Source: Lama glama (taxonomy: Eukaryota). From it: a stretch of DNA of 64,000 nucleotides. How positions within the stretch are numbered: the first letter of the stretch is position 1; each line of letters starts with the position of its first letter. Below the pieces are notes generated by a model, which saw only the letters and a program-made list of their open reading frames with translations, was not told where the DNA came from and did no database searches. The translations under genes and the position numbers were made by a program. Positions 1-12,200 of this stretch are shown here, in pieces. The stretch is from assembly GCA_028534125.1 (NCBI GenBank), contig CM052818.1, forward strand, positions 25,918,001 through 25,982,000. The letters run 5' to 3'.

Positions 1-984
1 AAAAACATTGAGGGAGGGGAGAAACGGTGCTGGGCTAGGGGGAGGTGTTTGAGGTGAGGTGCAGGTTTAATGGTCAAAATTTAATGATGAAACTACTAGT
101 GGCAGGGAATCCGAGGATTAAAATTAAGTAGGTTACCACAAGGACAGGTAATTCTAAGGGCGTTATCAAGGTGGATGTTTTGCCTGCCAACTAGCCAGCC
201 GGTTTTGGGGAGTTTGGAATTGAGCTTGGGTGTGAGATAGAAAGAAAGGTTCGGCTGCTCTTCAGTTACAAATAAAGGACATTGATTGTAATAAGGCCAA
301 TGTGGACAATGTCTTAATCTTAAAAGATAGGCACTTCCTTCCATGAAGCATGGATTTCCCACTGACTTCAAAGGCATTCCTGAGGGCGGGAGCGCTGGGG
401 GGATGTTAGGGGCCTCTGGATAGGCTGTCTGCAGTAGATACGTTCACTGCCCTGTTCTCAGAGGAGTTGAAAGCACAGGGCAGTGTTTGCTTCAAGCTAC
501 AAGCACATTTTCTGTATCCTGGTGGCTGAGTTCACTCCCTCATCTTTACTTTTCAAAAAGTGTTACAGAATATAACACAGTTCCTAAGGAGTTCCTGACT
601 TTTGTATGCTGGTATTAATTTAAATGCTAGTCACTATCTACTTTACAAAATGTGCTCAAGCAAAAGTCAAAGTCCAGTTCAAGAATTTGGATTTTTGTTA
701 CTCCCACTACTAAACTATTTCAGTGACTACAAGACATCTGTGAATTTCATAGAAGTTGATCATTCAAGTTGATGTTCCCGTTGGGTCAAGGAGAGTGCTT
801 GTCACGGTGCTCATGGGTGCCCTTGTGCTGGACTTCGGTGGTGTTTCCCTGCACTCCAGCTACCTGGAACAGTTCCCTGGACATCCAGTAGCTGTTTCTA
901 GCCACTAGTGGCCTGCATACATGGTTCTTAGGATTACAGAGATTCCAGTGCCCATCCCAAGACCAGCATGTTATCTAGAGATGT

Positions 985-1180
985 ATGGTTAAAAACATCA
1001 ACTCTGGAGGCAGACAGAGCAGCATTTAAATCTCAGCTCCACAATTTACTAATCATGTGGCCTTGAAAAAATTATGCCACCTTTTAAAGCCCCAGTTTCT
1101 TTTTCTGTAAAAGGCTGATGGTGCCAATAATCCTTGCCAAATAGAGGTGTTTTATAGATTAAGTGAAATTATGAATAGGT
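985..1180 (+). mobile_element. MIR SINE, degraded
   Basis: ggttaaaaacatcaactctggaggcagacagagc...aaatctcagctccacaatttactaatcatgtggccttg...cagtttcttttctgtaaaa resembles the MIR core; boundaries approximate. Confidence 0.65.
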
Positions 1181-3698
1181 ATTATTGTTATTCACTATGT
1201 TCCTGCTCTTCAATCTCTCCTTAGACTTGATTGGAGTAATAATCATGATGGTGGGGGGCTTTATCTGTATTATCCGTAATCATCATGAAAGAATGCTAGG
1301 AATAGAGCTGAGCTTTACAGCAGAGGAAACTGAGGGTCAAAGAGGTTAATTAACTTTATCAAGGTCATAAACCAACCAGTAGAGCTGGGGTCTGAACTCC
1401 AGAGTTGGTGTTCTTTTCTCTAAGTGACACTGATGCTCAAATACCTCAGTTCAAATCATTGTTCTGAGGATGAATATGGATTGGAAGTGTCATTATTTCC
1501 CTCTTACATTCATGAGGGACAGCTGTCCCTTGCTCCAGAAAACAATGGACACCAAATAATAAGCAGCAAGCTGGGTGGAAGCCCATCTGCCCACAGTGTT
1601 CCATGTGGAGCAACTACCTTTCAGGAGGCCCTCAGTTCTCAATGGGAGAGCAGCGCGGCGGTGTCAGAGGGGCGTGCACCCATGGCCAGGGTCCTCCCAG
1701 TGTTAGCCCCAAGAAACCCTTGATGTTCTGGATTTGATCTCCTTTATAGGATATAATCCAATGACACTGGCTTATCAGCTTTGAATATAAATAAAATGTC
1801 CCTGCCAGTCAATAACTCAGAGCCCCTATTCTTGTTCACAACTACTCCAGCAGGAACTTTGATTTCCCTCCTTCCCTGCAAAAAATTTCCTCTCTGCCCC
1901 TCCCTCAAAATGTTAATCCCAAAGAAAGCCTCAGATGAGGCAAATTGGTTTGTTAGCCACAGTCACTGCACAACTTTTGGGGTTAATGAGTGGCCACTGC
2001 CTCTGAAGTCAATGAGAGGAGCCTGCAGAATCCACCAAGAGCTGCCAGTGATTGGGTCAAGCTCATCAGTGCTCCCAACGCTGCCAGTCTCCGGGCTGAT
2101 TTCCCAGCCTTGTTCTTCCTTTTGTCAGTTGAGCCCTGAAGCAATCCCGCCTGCACCCAGAACTAGTCTCACATTGTCTCAGGGAAATGGCTCATTCATC
2201 TTCTGTCAACCATTCTTGGACCAAAAAAGCACATATCTTCACACGAAGGAGCAACAATTTGCAAACATGTTGTACCTTAAATTATACTTCTAAGCAAACA
2301 CATCACTGAATGGGTAAGGTCCACAGAGATGCCATTTGCCTCTAACACAAACTTTTTCATTCTCAGAGAGCAATTTATCTCATTTTAGAGACAGCCGTAT
2401 CCAGCATCTTTCCTATTGTGGTCACTGTTTTGTATCTGTTTACCTGTTCCCCTGCTGTAACCCTGCCCCATCCATTTGATGTCCCCTAAATCAAGGTAAC
2501 GGTTTCCACTTGTGGATATGCAAATCTCTACCTCTTATAGGGAGGGAGATTGCTTCCAACTTACACCATGGAGGTTTCCATGGAGGTTAAAAAATCCTAG
2601 GGTCGGTTCCAGCCAGCTTTCATACCCTCAATACCCTGTGCTTTCCTTCCCTAGAAGCCTCAGAAATAAAGTCTCCCTGAGATAGGCCCCATCATTTTTT
2701 GACTTTCTCCTTAATTTCTGCCACAAAAGTGATGTTCATGGCTCACCTTGCACCCACCCTGCCCCAGCTCTGGGACCAGCTGTTTCTCCAAGGACTCCAC
2801 TTCTCTTTAGGAGGGAACGGTATTAGAGATTGTGTGGGCGCTCGGTATGATCATTGCTACCTGGGTGTCTTTGCTTATAGGCCTTTTCTGTGGACAGAGC
2901 GAGGAAATATATGCATGTATATACATATATACACATCTGTACACATGCATGCACATGGACATGAATGTTTACACTTGCACACACACATTCATACACATAT
3001 TTTAGAAATCTCTGGTCCATATCAGTACCTCCAATTTAATCCATCCCCTATGGTTTATCTTGCCTCCCCCTTTCATTATTTGTATGTCCCTTCTTTCCCA
3101 TCAAGAACCCTGGCTCTCAACAGTAAAACACACTTACTCATTTATTTACTTCTATAACACATCGAAAACAGGTTCAGAATTGCTTTGCCCATACCTCTGC
3201 ATAGACAAGTCTACTAAAAAGAGTTCAAGATTTGTTTCCTATCTTCCCCTCACCTTGACCAAGACTGAGAAATATTTGTAGTTCAGTGCTGTTTGTAAAT
3301 TACTTAGATTAGTTGGGTTTCTTATCTTCCCTCTTCAGTTTGGTTATGTTATTCATTTAAATACTGTTATCACTTATTTGTTTTGCATTCAGTTTTAGTA
3401 CCCTCTTCACATCCTTGTTGGTTTAATTCGTTTGTTTGATCGTGTAGAACATATTTCCAAAAGTCAGCACAATATAAAAAGGTGTGCTCTATTCTGTATT
3501 ATTTCTACCCTATTCCCTTCCCTCCCCACTTCTTGGAGGGAACTAACTTTGTTTTTTTTTTAACTTTTCCAAGTTTCCTTTTGGACAGATGAATAGATAT
3601 ATGTATGTTTTCTTACTTCTCTCTCTCACACAAAAGCTAGCATACTACTTACGTTCTTTTGCCATTTGGTTTTTTTCACTGAAGAATGTCTCTTAGAA

Positions 3699-3799
3699 GG
3701 AGTTCGGGTGTTTCGAGCATAAGCTGCTCTAGAATCCTTGCGTGGTGTCCTGCAATAAATGCCACACTTTCCTTCACACCACACACACACACACACACA
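3699..3799 (+). mobile_element. Short retroposed fragment resembling an ERV LTR 3' end, with (CA)n tail and 17-bp TSD
   Basis: Flanked by AAGAATGTCTCTT[A/G]GAA at 3682-3698 and 3800-3816; AATAAA at 3754-3759; (CA)n at ~3775-3799. Confidence 0.65.
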
Positions 3800-3819
3800 A
3801 AGAATGTCTCTTGGAAATC

Positions 3820-4350
3820 ACTCTATATCAGTTCATAGAGATCTTCCCCTCTTTCTTTACAGTTATAGAGTGCTCATCATGAGTAATTATCATAGTTTAC
3901 TTAACCAATCACCTATGCTAGTCTCCAATATTTTGCAACTGCAAATAATGCTACAGTGAATTACCTTGTGCAGATTTTTTTTGTGCATTATTGGAGTTGT
4001 ATCTTCAGAGTTAATGCCCAGAAGTGAGATTGGCATGTCGAAGTGTAAATGTGAATGAAATTTGTTGGATGTTGCCAAGTTCTTCACCATAGGGGTTATA
4101 CCATTTTGCATTCCCAGTGAGAATGCAATGTATGAGAGTGCCTGTTTTCCCCCACATCCTTGCCAACAGAGTGTAATCATAAGCTTTTGAATTTTTGCCA
4201 ACCTGATGGGTGAGAAATGGTGTCTCAGTGTTGTTTTAATTTGCATTTCTTTTATTATGAGTAAAACTGAACATTTTGGCATATGTTTAAGGTCCACTTT
4301 GATAATTCTTTTTGGTGGATTGTCTGTGGATATCTTTTGCCCATTTATTA
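3820..4350 (-). mobile_element. Old L1 (L1M) ORF2 3' region/3'UTR fragment
   Basis: Minus-strand translation IIKEMQIKTTLRHHFSPIRLAKI...CWQGCG matches the L1 ORF2 C-terminal region; degraded. Confidence 0.8.
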
Positions 4351-4504
4351 GTAGGACTTAAAAATTTTTAAAGTTGTTTATTTGGCAGAAATAATTCTTA
4401 ATACAATCTACATGAACTGAAGGCAGAATCCCAAAGTACCTGCTGTGGATAAGCTATGGATTCTGCCCTCCAGGAGTTCAGCCTGTAAGCTGAACACTGT
4501 CACG

Positions 4505-4720
4505 GTGGAGAAGAGCAGAAGCTCTCGACCCAGACTGCCTGCCTTCAAATGCCAGTCCTGCCACCTAGGCAAGTTTTTAACCTCTTGGTGCCTCAGGTTC
4601 TCCATCTGTTAGACGAGAATAACATAAGCATTTACCTCTTAGGATTATTGTTAGGATTAAATGACTTAACATATGTAAAGTGTGTTGAGCAATAAACACG
4701 CGATACATATTGGCTATTTT
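4505..4720 (+). mobile_element. MIR SINE
   Basis: cccagactgcctgccttcaaatgccagtcctgccacctaggcaagtttttaacctcttggtgcctcaggttctccatctgt...aggattaaatga. Confidence 0.7.
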
Positions 4721-5477
4721 AGAATCAAGAAAATGCTCTCAAAACATTGATTTGATCCCATAGGAATCCTGTTATATAGTTAATTATGAAAAATGAGGAC
4801 CTGAAAGTTTAGAAACATCAGGTGAATCAGTGATATAATCAGAATTGTAACTCATTCATTCATTCACTCCACAGATATTTTTTGAGGCTCTGTTATGTAC
4901 TGGGCACTGGTTTAGGTGCTGGAGATACAGCCTGAACAAGACAGATCTTTGCACTCTGGGAAGCTCACTTTTTTGTGTGGTGGAGGGGTTGTGTGGGATA
5001 TGGAAAGAAGCAAAGCCCAAGGAAACCAATTTTGTCTGTCTTGTTCATTACTCATCTGTTCAGCACATGCAACAGTGTTGAAATTCATTTGCTAAAGGAA
5101 AGAATGAAGGAATAAATGAGAGTAGTGAGGCTTGATGCACAGGTAGGGCCCACATCATGGAAGACTTTGTCAACTATTCTGAAGAGTTTGTACTTTATCC
5201 AGAGCAGAAAAGTCACATGAACCAATCTGCATATAGGCAAAGTCTGTGTGGAGGGAGGACCCAGAGGAGAAGAGGGAACAGCAGGCAGGTGGTTACAATA
5301 AGTCTAGTGGGAGGTGCTGGGGTCTGAATTAAGAGGGAGGCTGAGGGCATGGAGACGAGGTGAGCTGTACAGAGATTCAGAAGTCAGAGCTGACTTCCCG
5401 TGGACTTGCTGGGTGTAGAGGGAGGGAGGAAGTGGGCAGTAACACTGAGGTTTCATTGTGATAAAAAGTTGAAGGGG

Positions 5478-5942
5478 TCTCTTTCTGCCATCTTTCCATG
5501 CCGCCATAATGGTGCGCATGAACGTCCTGGCTGATCCTCTCAAGAGCATCAACAATACTGAAGAGAGAGGCAAACGCCAGGTTCTTAATAGGCCGTGCTC
5601 CAAAGTCTGGTTTCGAACTGTGATGATGAAGCATGGTTGCATTGGCGAATTTGAAATCATCGATGATCACAGAGCTGGGAAAATTGTTATGAACCTCACA
5701 GGCAGGCTAAATAAGTGTGGAGTGATCAGCCCCAGATTTGATGTGCAACTCAAAGATCTAGAAAAATGGCAGAATAACCTGCTCCCATCCCATCAGTTTG
5801 GTTTCATTGTACTAACAACCTCAGCTGGCATCACGGACCATGAAGAAGCAAGGTGAAAACACACAGGAGGGAAAATCCTTGGATTCTTTTTCTAGGAATG
5901 TGATACATACGTGCAAATAAAATGCCTCAGTGGAAAAAAAAA
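5478..5942 (+). pseudogene. RPS15A: RPS15A (uS8) processed pseudogene, full length
   Basis: Intronless; 5' TOP-like start ctctttc; ATG 5509 MVRMNVLAD...; 2-codon deletion at SKV(IV)R relative to the recalled human protein; premature TGA at 5854-5856; ancestral TAG at 5893-5895; AATAAA 5916-5921; A-tail; TSD AAAAAGTTGAAGGGG at 5463-5477 and 5938-5952. Confidence 0.97.
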
Positions 5943-7259
5943 GTTGAAGGGGGATGGCTGACTGAGGAAAATAGGGGAAAGCCTTTTAAATTTGAGGTGA
6001 CCATGGGACAGTTCTCAATCTCTTGACTGTACTTGTGTTTGGCCTCTCTACACTCCTTGGAGTCAGGAGCTTTGGACCTCTCCTATGAGATAAACAGTGT
6101 CTAATAGTGGAAAGGACACCAGTTAGGAGGTCAGCTGACTGGCAGTGCAGCCTTAACTCTCTGGCAGGAGTTGTGGGGGAGAGGAGATCCCTGATGGGGC
6201 GTGCTCAGTTAACTGCTAATTCTAACTGGAAGTTCATTCTTTGATAACCAAAGTACTCATCTCTGCACCACTTCTCACGCCTTAGATGACACCCTGCATA
6301 AAGCAGACTGTGGGCAGTATTAAATAGATGCCTCATAGGGAGATTATGAAAGGAAATCCATCATCAAGCAGGGGTTATGACTTGGGGTTTAGGTTGCCCC
6401 AGGGGCATCGAACTAGGATACAATGAGTTAGGAAGTCTAGGAGGAGCTCCAAATCCCTTTCCATTAATAAACAGATGAATAAACAAACAGCCTAACAAAA
6501 ATCCATCTAGAAGTCACCCTGTAAGCTTCGATGACACCAATGCTTTCCTAGAGGTCATGCAGGATGAAAGGCTGTGAGGAAACCTGGACAAGCGATATGG
6601 ACATATGGATACATGCTTTTTACCGCAGAAAAGGGAATTTCTCATGCAGCTGGTGATACTGGTAAAAATCCAAAACAATAGGGATCACAGTTCACAGAAG
6701 ACTACAGAGAGGCTGATGTGTATTTTTAAAAGTAACCTGAACTTTCTATAGGATGTTACTGGATCTCCACAAGAAGGTTCACCACAGTTGGGAAAGGACC
6801 TGCTGTAAGTCGTTTTCTGATTAGAGTGCTTTCTGGCTGGCCGCTGCAAGGTGCTGGTAGCAGGAGGGTAGGGGTATGCACCGTTGAGAAGACAGGAGTA
6901 GTGTCTCCTAAGTAGAACGGGGCTATGGCAAACTGTAGGATGGGCTCTGGATGTGAAACTAATAACATTAGAGACTTGTGCGAGGAAAGATCAAGAGGAG
7001 AAGCAGGGCACAAGCAATAGCTCGGGAGTACAGGAAAGCGAGGGAGGAAGGTGGGAGAATAGCTGTGGGGGCGGAGGTGGGGGATAAGAAGGGGAGAAAG
7101 GAGTATGAAAGCAACCTCACGTGCAATGCACGAGTCATTGATTACAGAGAGGTGCTGTGAAGAGAACTGGGTTTCTAAATTGGGAAGGAGGGAATTTGTT
7201 CTCCGGAGACCCTTTGTCCGTCTACCCAGACCAGCCCAGAACTAAGGGGGTGTGGTACT

Positions 7260-8330
7260 GAGTTTAGGGCGATCGGGGTGTGAGACGGTCGCAGTGGGGG
7301 CGCCGCCCAATTTCTGCCAGAAGTGGAAGGCTGGGAAAATCGAGCGGCAGGCAAGCAGGCAGGCAAGCAGGACGGAGGCGGAGCGAGGGCGCCGATGGGC
7401 GGGACGAAGGAGGGCGTGGGGAGGACAAGGAGGCCCGGGCTGCGGGCGGCGCTAGGACCCGTCGTTGCTCTGCCTGCTCCTGGGAGGTTGATAAAGCGGC
7501 GGCGGCGTTTGACGTCAGTGGGGAGTTAATTTTAAATCGGTACAAGATGGCGGAGGGGGACGAGGCAGCGCGGAGGCAGCAGCCGCACCAGGGGCTGCGA
7601 CGCCGGAGGCGGACCAGCGACCCAAGCACCGCGGTTAACCACGTCTCGTCCACGACCCTCCTAGGTACGGGCCGGCGGGGCGGAGGCCGCAGGGCCCAGG
7701 TGGGGAGAGGGCGCGGGCCGCTCTGGGCTCGCGGGCACCGGCCGCAGGCGGCGGGGTCGTCGTCCGCGGCTGGCTCAGCCCTCCTCCCGCCGCCGCGTCT
7801 GACCGTCAGGCCTAGCCCCCGCCTCACCCCGTGCTCCCGCGGCGCGCGGCCTGAAAGGGCGGTTCTTGGGCCGTGGCTCCCGCAGCTGTCGGGCGAACGG
7901 GCGGCGCGCGCGTCTGCGCCCGGCCCGGCCCCCTGCCCGCCCGCCGCGTGGCTGCCGTAGCGTCCGCCCCGACCTGAGGGGGCGGCCTTGAGCCGGGGCC
8001 GCAGACCCGGGGTGCGGGCAGGTCGGCGGCGGCGCGGCTCTGTCCTGGGGAGCTCCGTACGCGGCCGGGCGACCTGTCACCTGGCGGACACTCGCTGCCT
8101 ACTGTCCCTCGCTCGGAAAGGGAGGAAGGGTTAACCAGGTCGCGATGGGCCCCGTGGAGGAGGAGGACGCACAGCCCGCGGGAGGAGCAGACACCTCGCT
8201 GACAGGTCGGAGAACTCTCCAGACACCCTTCCAAAAGGGAACCGCAGTCCGCAGGCCAGGCTCGGGCGCTCGCGTTCCAGGGCCCCTTGGTTCCTGGACC
8301 CCATTCACGCGGGTAGCACGGAGCTGGGAT
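7260..8330. promoter_or_regulatory. ATL2: CpG island / ATL2 promoter
   Basis: Dense CpG and high GC around exon 1; CCAAT at ~7307; GC boxes; palindromic CRE TGACGTCA at 7510-7517; YY1-type AAGATGGCGG at 7544-7553. Confidence 0.9.
7547..7664 (+). CDS. ATL2: ATL2 exon 1 (coding part, 118 nt)
   Basis: [40 protein letters not shown]; Kozak aagATGG; donor G|gtacgg, phase 1. Confidence 0.96.
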
Positions 8331-8637
8331 ACAAGTTAAGATTTAGTTGTCAAACTGGGGTTATGAGCCGTCTACTAGTACTCAGACCACAGCATGGCCC
8401 GGTCACACTGAAAGTGCCGGTGGTGTGAAGTCACCTGATCCTTCGCTCCCGGTCTTACTGAATGTGAGCTCCTACTGTACGTGTACGAGGAGCGCCCCTG
8501 CCCCTTGGAAGACGGGTTCGCCTTGGGGCGGCGTGTTGTGGTTCCCTCACTCATAAAGCCCCTATTTTTAGGACTTTAGCATTTAATCTTTCTCTGTGGT
8601 GTGAATTGAAAGCCTGAAATCCTGATTGAGAATTTTG

Positions 8638-8697
8638 ATGGTACTTAAAGGCATAAAGTTTTTCAAAGGCTTGTAAATAGTAAAAGCTTATGGTTAG
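8638..8697 (+). other. ATL2: Putative ATL2 alternative first exon (MVLK... type), frameshifted here
   Basis: Reads MVLKGIKF, then in a shifted frame QRLVNSKSLWL-G, ending at donor G|gttagt; resembles the recalled human alternative N-terminus MVLKKGVKFFQRLINSKSLRF. Confidence 0.6.
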
Positions 8698-9154
8698 GTT
8701 AGTATGGCTGTGGCATAGAGTCTATTAACTACACTAAATATGAACTGTGTTTTTCAGATGTGATAAAGGTTTTGTGGGATAAGATGTGAAACATTTTGAT
8801 AAAATATTAGCCATGAAGACTCACTTTAATAGAAAAGTTTATGTGAAAAATCCTTTGTCATTCACGATAACCCTTGGACGTGTTGAACTTAGGTCAGAGG
8901 TGATGACAAACTAGAGTTTTGCTAAGGGGACAAACAGGAAATAAAGCTTATTTTATTATTTCTTGCCAACCGAAGCACTTGATAGAACTGTTTACATAGG
9001 AAAAATGCTAGTAGAGAAGAGAGAGTTGCCTTAAATCTCTTCTGTTTGGAAGTCTCAAGTAATTAGTTGTTCTGGAATGCTGATGGATTGGTTAGTTTAG
9101 CTTTTTTGGACCTTGGGGGTGCGCATGCTCATTTATTTAAAATAACCGTTTTAG

Positions 9155-9291
9155 GAGGATATAGCTCAAGTGGTGGAGGGCGTGCTTAACATGCATGAGT
9201 TCCTGGTTTCAATCCTCAGTATCTCCTTTAAAAATAAACAAACCTAATTACTCCCCCCAAAGAAAATACATATATGAGTTTTAAAAAAAAC
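9155..9291 (+). mobile_element. Vic-1-type camelid tRNA-derived SINE
   Basis: A box tagctcaagtgg, B-box-like ggtttcaatcc, tail aaacctaattactcccccc; TSD TTAAAATAACCGTTTTAG at 9137-9154 and 9292-9309. Confidence 0.88.
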
Positions 9292-12200
9292 TTAAAATAA
9301 CCGTTTTAGATGTAATTGCACAGTGTTTAATGTGCTTACCTTATTAGGAGAAGCATAGCTTTATGATGCATGGTTATGAACGTCATTTTTAGGCTGTGGC
9401 ACATGGAGGTGAAATGCAGTTCTTAAAACTTGATAAATGGGGTTCATCATTTATTAAATGCTCTGCTAGTCAAATGTTTGTCTTTTTTTTTTTTTTTTGG
9501 TGTGGAGTTAGTCCTTCACTTGATAGCCATTCCTATCAAATGACTGCCTAAAATAGTCCCTCTCCCTGCTAATTTGCTCCGAGTCATCCATTACTACATT
9601 AAAAACCCAATAAACTTATGAAGATTTGTGTTTAAAGTAAAAACCAACAGGCTGTGAATGAGTAGAGACTCATCTAATTTTAGATGTAGAAACTGTCTCC
9701 TGCTTTCTGGATAAAAGTTGAAGAGCTGAGTTGGGATGAGTCAGGTGCCACTCTAGTAGTAGTCTTAGGAAGATGCTTTGTGTCTCTTAAAGAGAAGTGC
9801 TTACTCTTTTTAGAAATATAAGACCTTTTTAAAGCACTTACGAACTCTTCTGTATTAATGACTGTGGAATGATAAGAATTTGTGGATGTGATTAAATCTA
9901 TTTAGTAAAATGTTTTGAAATCCTTCAAAATTCTTTACTGGGGAAGAAGGAGTTGCCTTACAATAAAGAGGTATTTATTAGAGGGCAAGTAAACCATGAG
10001 TTAAAATGAGATTCTGGCCTTAAGTTGAGTGCACCTATTTTCAGATTCATTTTTAGTTTGCCCCTGTGTTTTAACTTTAGGATGAAGTTTTTTAATTTTC
10101 ATAAATGAAAGTAACTTTCTTGAAGTTGTTAGATCTTTTCCAAAATTGTGCGTTTTCCATTCGTCTGCCTTTAAGCAGCTGCTCAAAGTATACCTGGAGG
10201 ACTGTCACCTAGTTTGATGCTGGCGTTCAAGACATATTTTTTAAATTGTGAGACCTAGTAATAAGGTATGTTTAAAAAATTTGTTTATACTTAATTGAAA
10301 GATTTTTTTTTTTTGACATACACAATTGTAAGCAAAGCTGTTTGGCAGGCTGTCAAAGAGCCAGAAATGGAAGGGGTAGGAATAGAAGTTCAACTTTTTT
10401 GTAATGGTGATTTATAGCTTTACAGAAGGAGTTTTTCTCTAGGGTGGGTGCAGGGACAGCTATTCCCCCCCCCCCCTTTTTTTAAGTGTAATGGTATTCT
10501 GATGTGTAACCATTTGGGGATTGTATTATTTATTTTCTTGGGCATTATTTAACTAAGGAAGATAAATGCGAATATAGAATATATTCTATGTAAATTTGAT
10601 TCCCCAATGAATTCATTACTCGTGTAAGTTTCTTCCTATCTTTACTCTTCTTCACTACCCATAATACAGAAGAACTATTGAGGGCTTTCTCCATAGTTTT
10701 AAAAATGGATATCCAGGGAAAAAAACCACCAAACTGAAACTATGAAGTCAGTTGGATAATACTTGATACTTTATAAAGTACTTTAAACATCTTGCTCTGA
10801 TTTTATTTCTTGAAACCTTCCTGTGAGAAAATTAAGTTACTCCCATTAAAGGGAGTGATTGTGACTTAGTCTACACTTGCAGAAACTACTCAGAGGTACT
10901 CTTACTGCTCATCAGATTTGGTGGAGGGTAGGCACCTTTATTCATTGTAAATTATCACATATAATTAGAGATGACTGGGTCACACTTTGTTGAAGTTTGA
11001 AATCATACTGGTGAGAAGATGGGGGCAGTTTAAAACTAAAAATAGGTCAAGTCACTAAGAGTAGGAAGGGAAAAGGTGGCTATGGTAGAAAGAAGTAGAA
11101 GAATAAATAAAGTAGACTTTGGGGTTAGTCTGCTGTTCAGTACAAGTAGAATTTAGGGGATTGATTCCCTTGCTAAAGTACCAGTTTAATAAAAACTGTT
11201 TGTACAACTTGTATTTCTATGATTGGCATCAAAATAACCAGTGACTAATAACTTATTGGTGAAAGGTGCTTGTCTGGATCTGTAGTACATTTCACCTTTT
11301 TATTGCATAACACTCGGTGGGGGCAGTGCTTCTTTAATCGTAGAGAATCAAGATAGTGTAGTGGAAAAAAGAATGTGGAATCAAAAGCTGAGTGACTTCA
11401 TTTAAACTCTGAGTCTTGAAACCCCTTACAGTAGTGATAATAATCCCATACGGGCTGTTGTGGGAAACAAAAGAGGTAATACAGTACAAGTGTTTTGTTG
11501 ATTGTAAAGCTGTGTGTGAGACACAGTAACATATAAGTAAGAACTTACCAGTTTGACTACTTGTTCTATTATATATGTGTATTTTGCAATCAGAAAGTCT
11601 TAAAATTTTTTTCCCTGTAATGTGGACACAGGTTTAGTTTGGGCAAGGGTGGTGGATAAATTTTTAACTTTATTTGTAAAATGCTGATAATGTGTTCATG
11701 AGTTATTGTATTAAATGTGAATAAATGTGCTTAACCCACTGGCAAACATTCTATTTGATGGTAGTTATTACTATAATGTGTGGTTAAGACTGAGACTTTG
11801 AACTACACATTTAATTTTTAAAATTGGTGACTTGAAAGCTCTTTGTTCAGTTTTTATAAGATAAAAATATACATTCATGCTTCTCAGCTATCCTTATTTT
11901 AATTTGCATTTTAGAGAATCATTTAATCATGCGGTGAAATAGTCTTCTGAAATTATTTGTTTCAGTTATGGAATTCAATATGAATTAATGTTTTAGTTAA
12001 GGTTATGAGAGTTTTCAAGTAGAGTGCATTGGCTTTTCAAACAGTAAATGTGCAAAATCTAATTTACGTCTGTTATGCACAAGAACGCACAAGAATGCCT
12101 AAAAAAAGACTGACTTGAAACCACACCAATTATGGATCCCATAAAAAGCTTTTTTCCCCTTCGTGTAATTAGCATTAACTGTAGAGTCCTTACTTTAACC

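Noticed and set aside
1..380. G/T-skewed start of the window considered as a NUMT or LTR
   Set aside because: I could not match it to any mitochondrial gene or LTR by eye; it needs BLAST/Dfam
1424..2293. 99-aa and 170-aa ORFs upstream of ATL2
   Set aside because: Non-ATG starts, no recognisable domain or splice architecture
5304..5670. Antisense ORFs over the RPS15A copy
   Set aside because: Shadow frames of the pseudogene
7175..8339. Many overlapping ORFs, including the 226-aa 7280-7960 frame and antisense ORFs
   Set aside because: Expected from stop-codon scarcity in a CpG island; only 7547-7664 matches ATL2 and ends at a donor. There is no evidence for an N-terminal extension.
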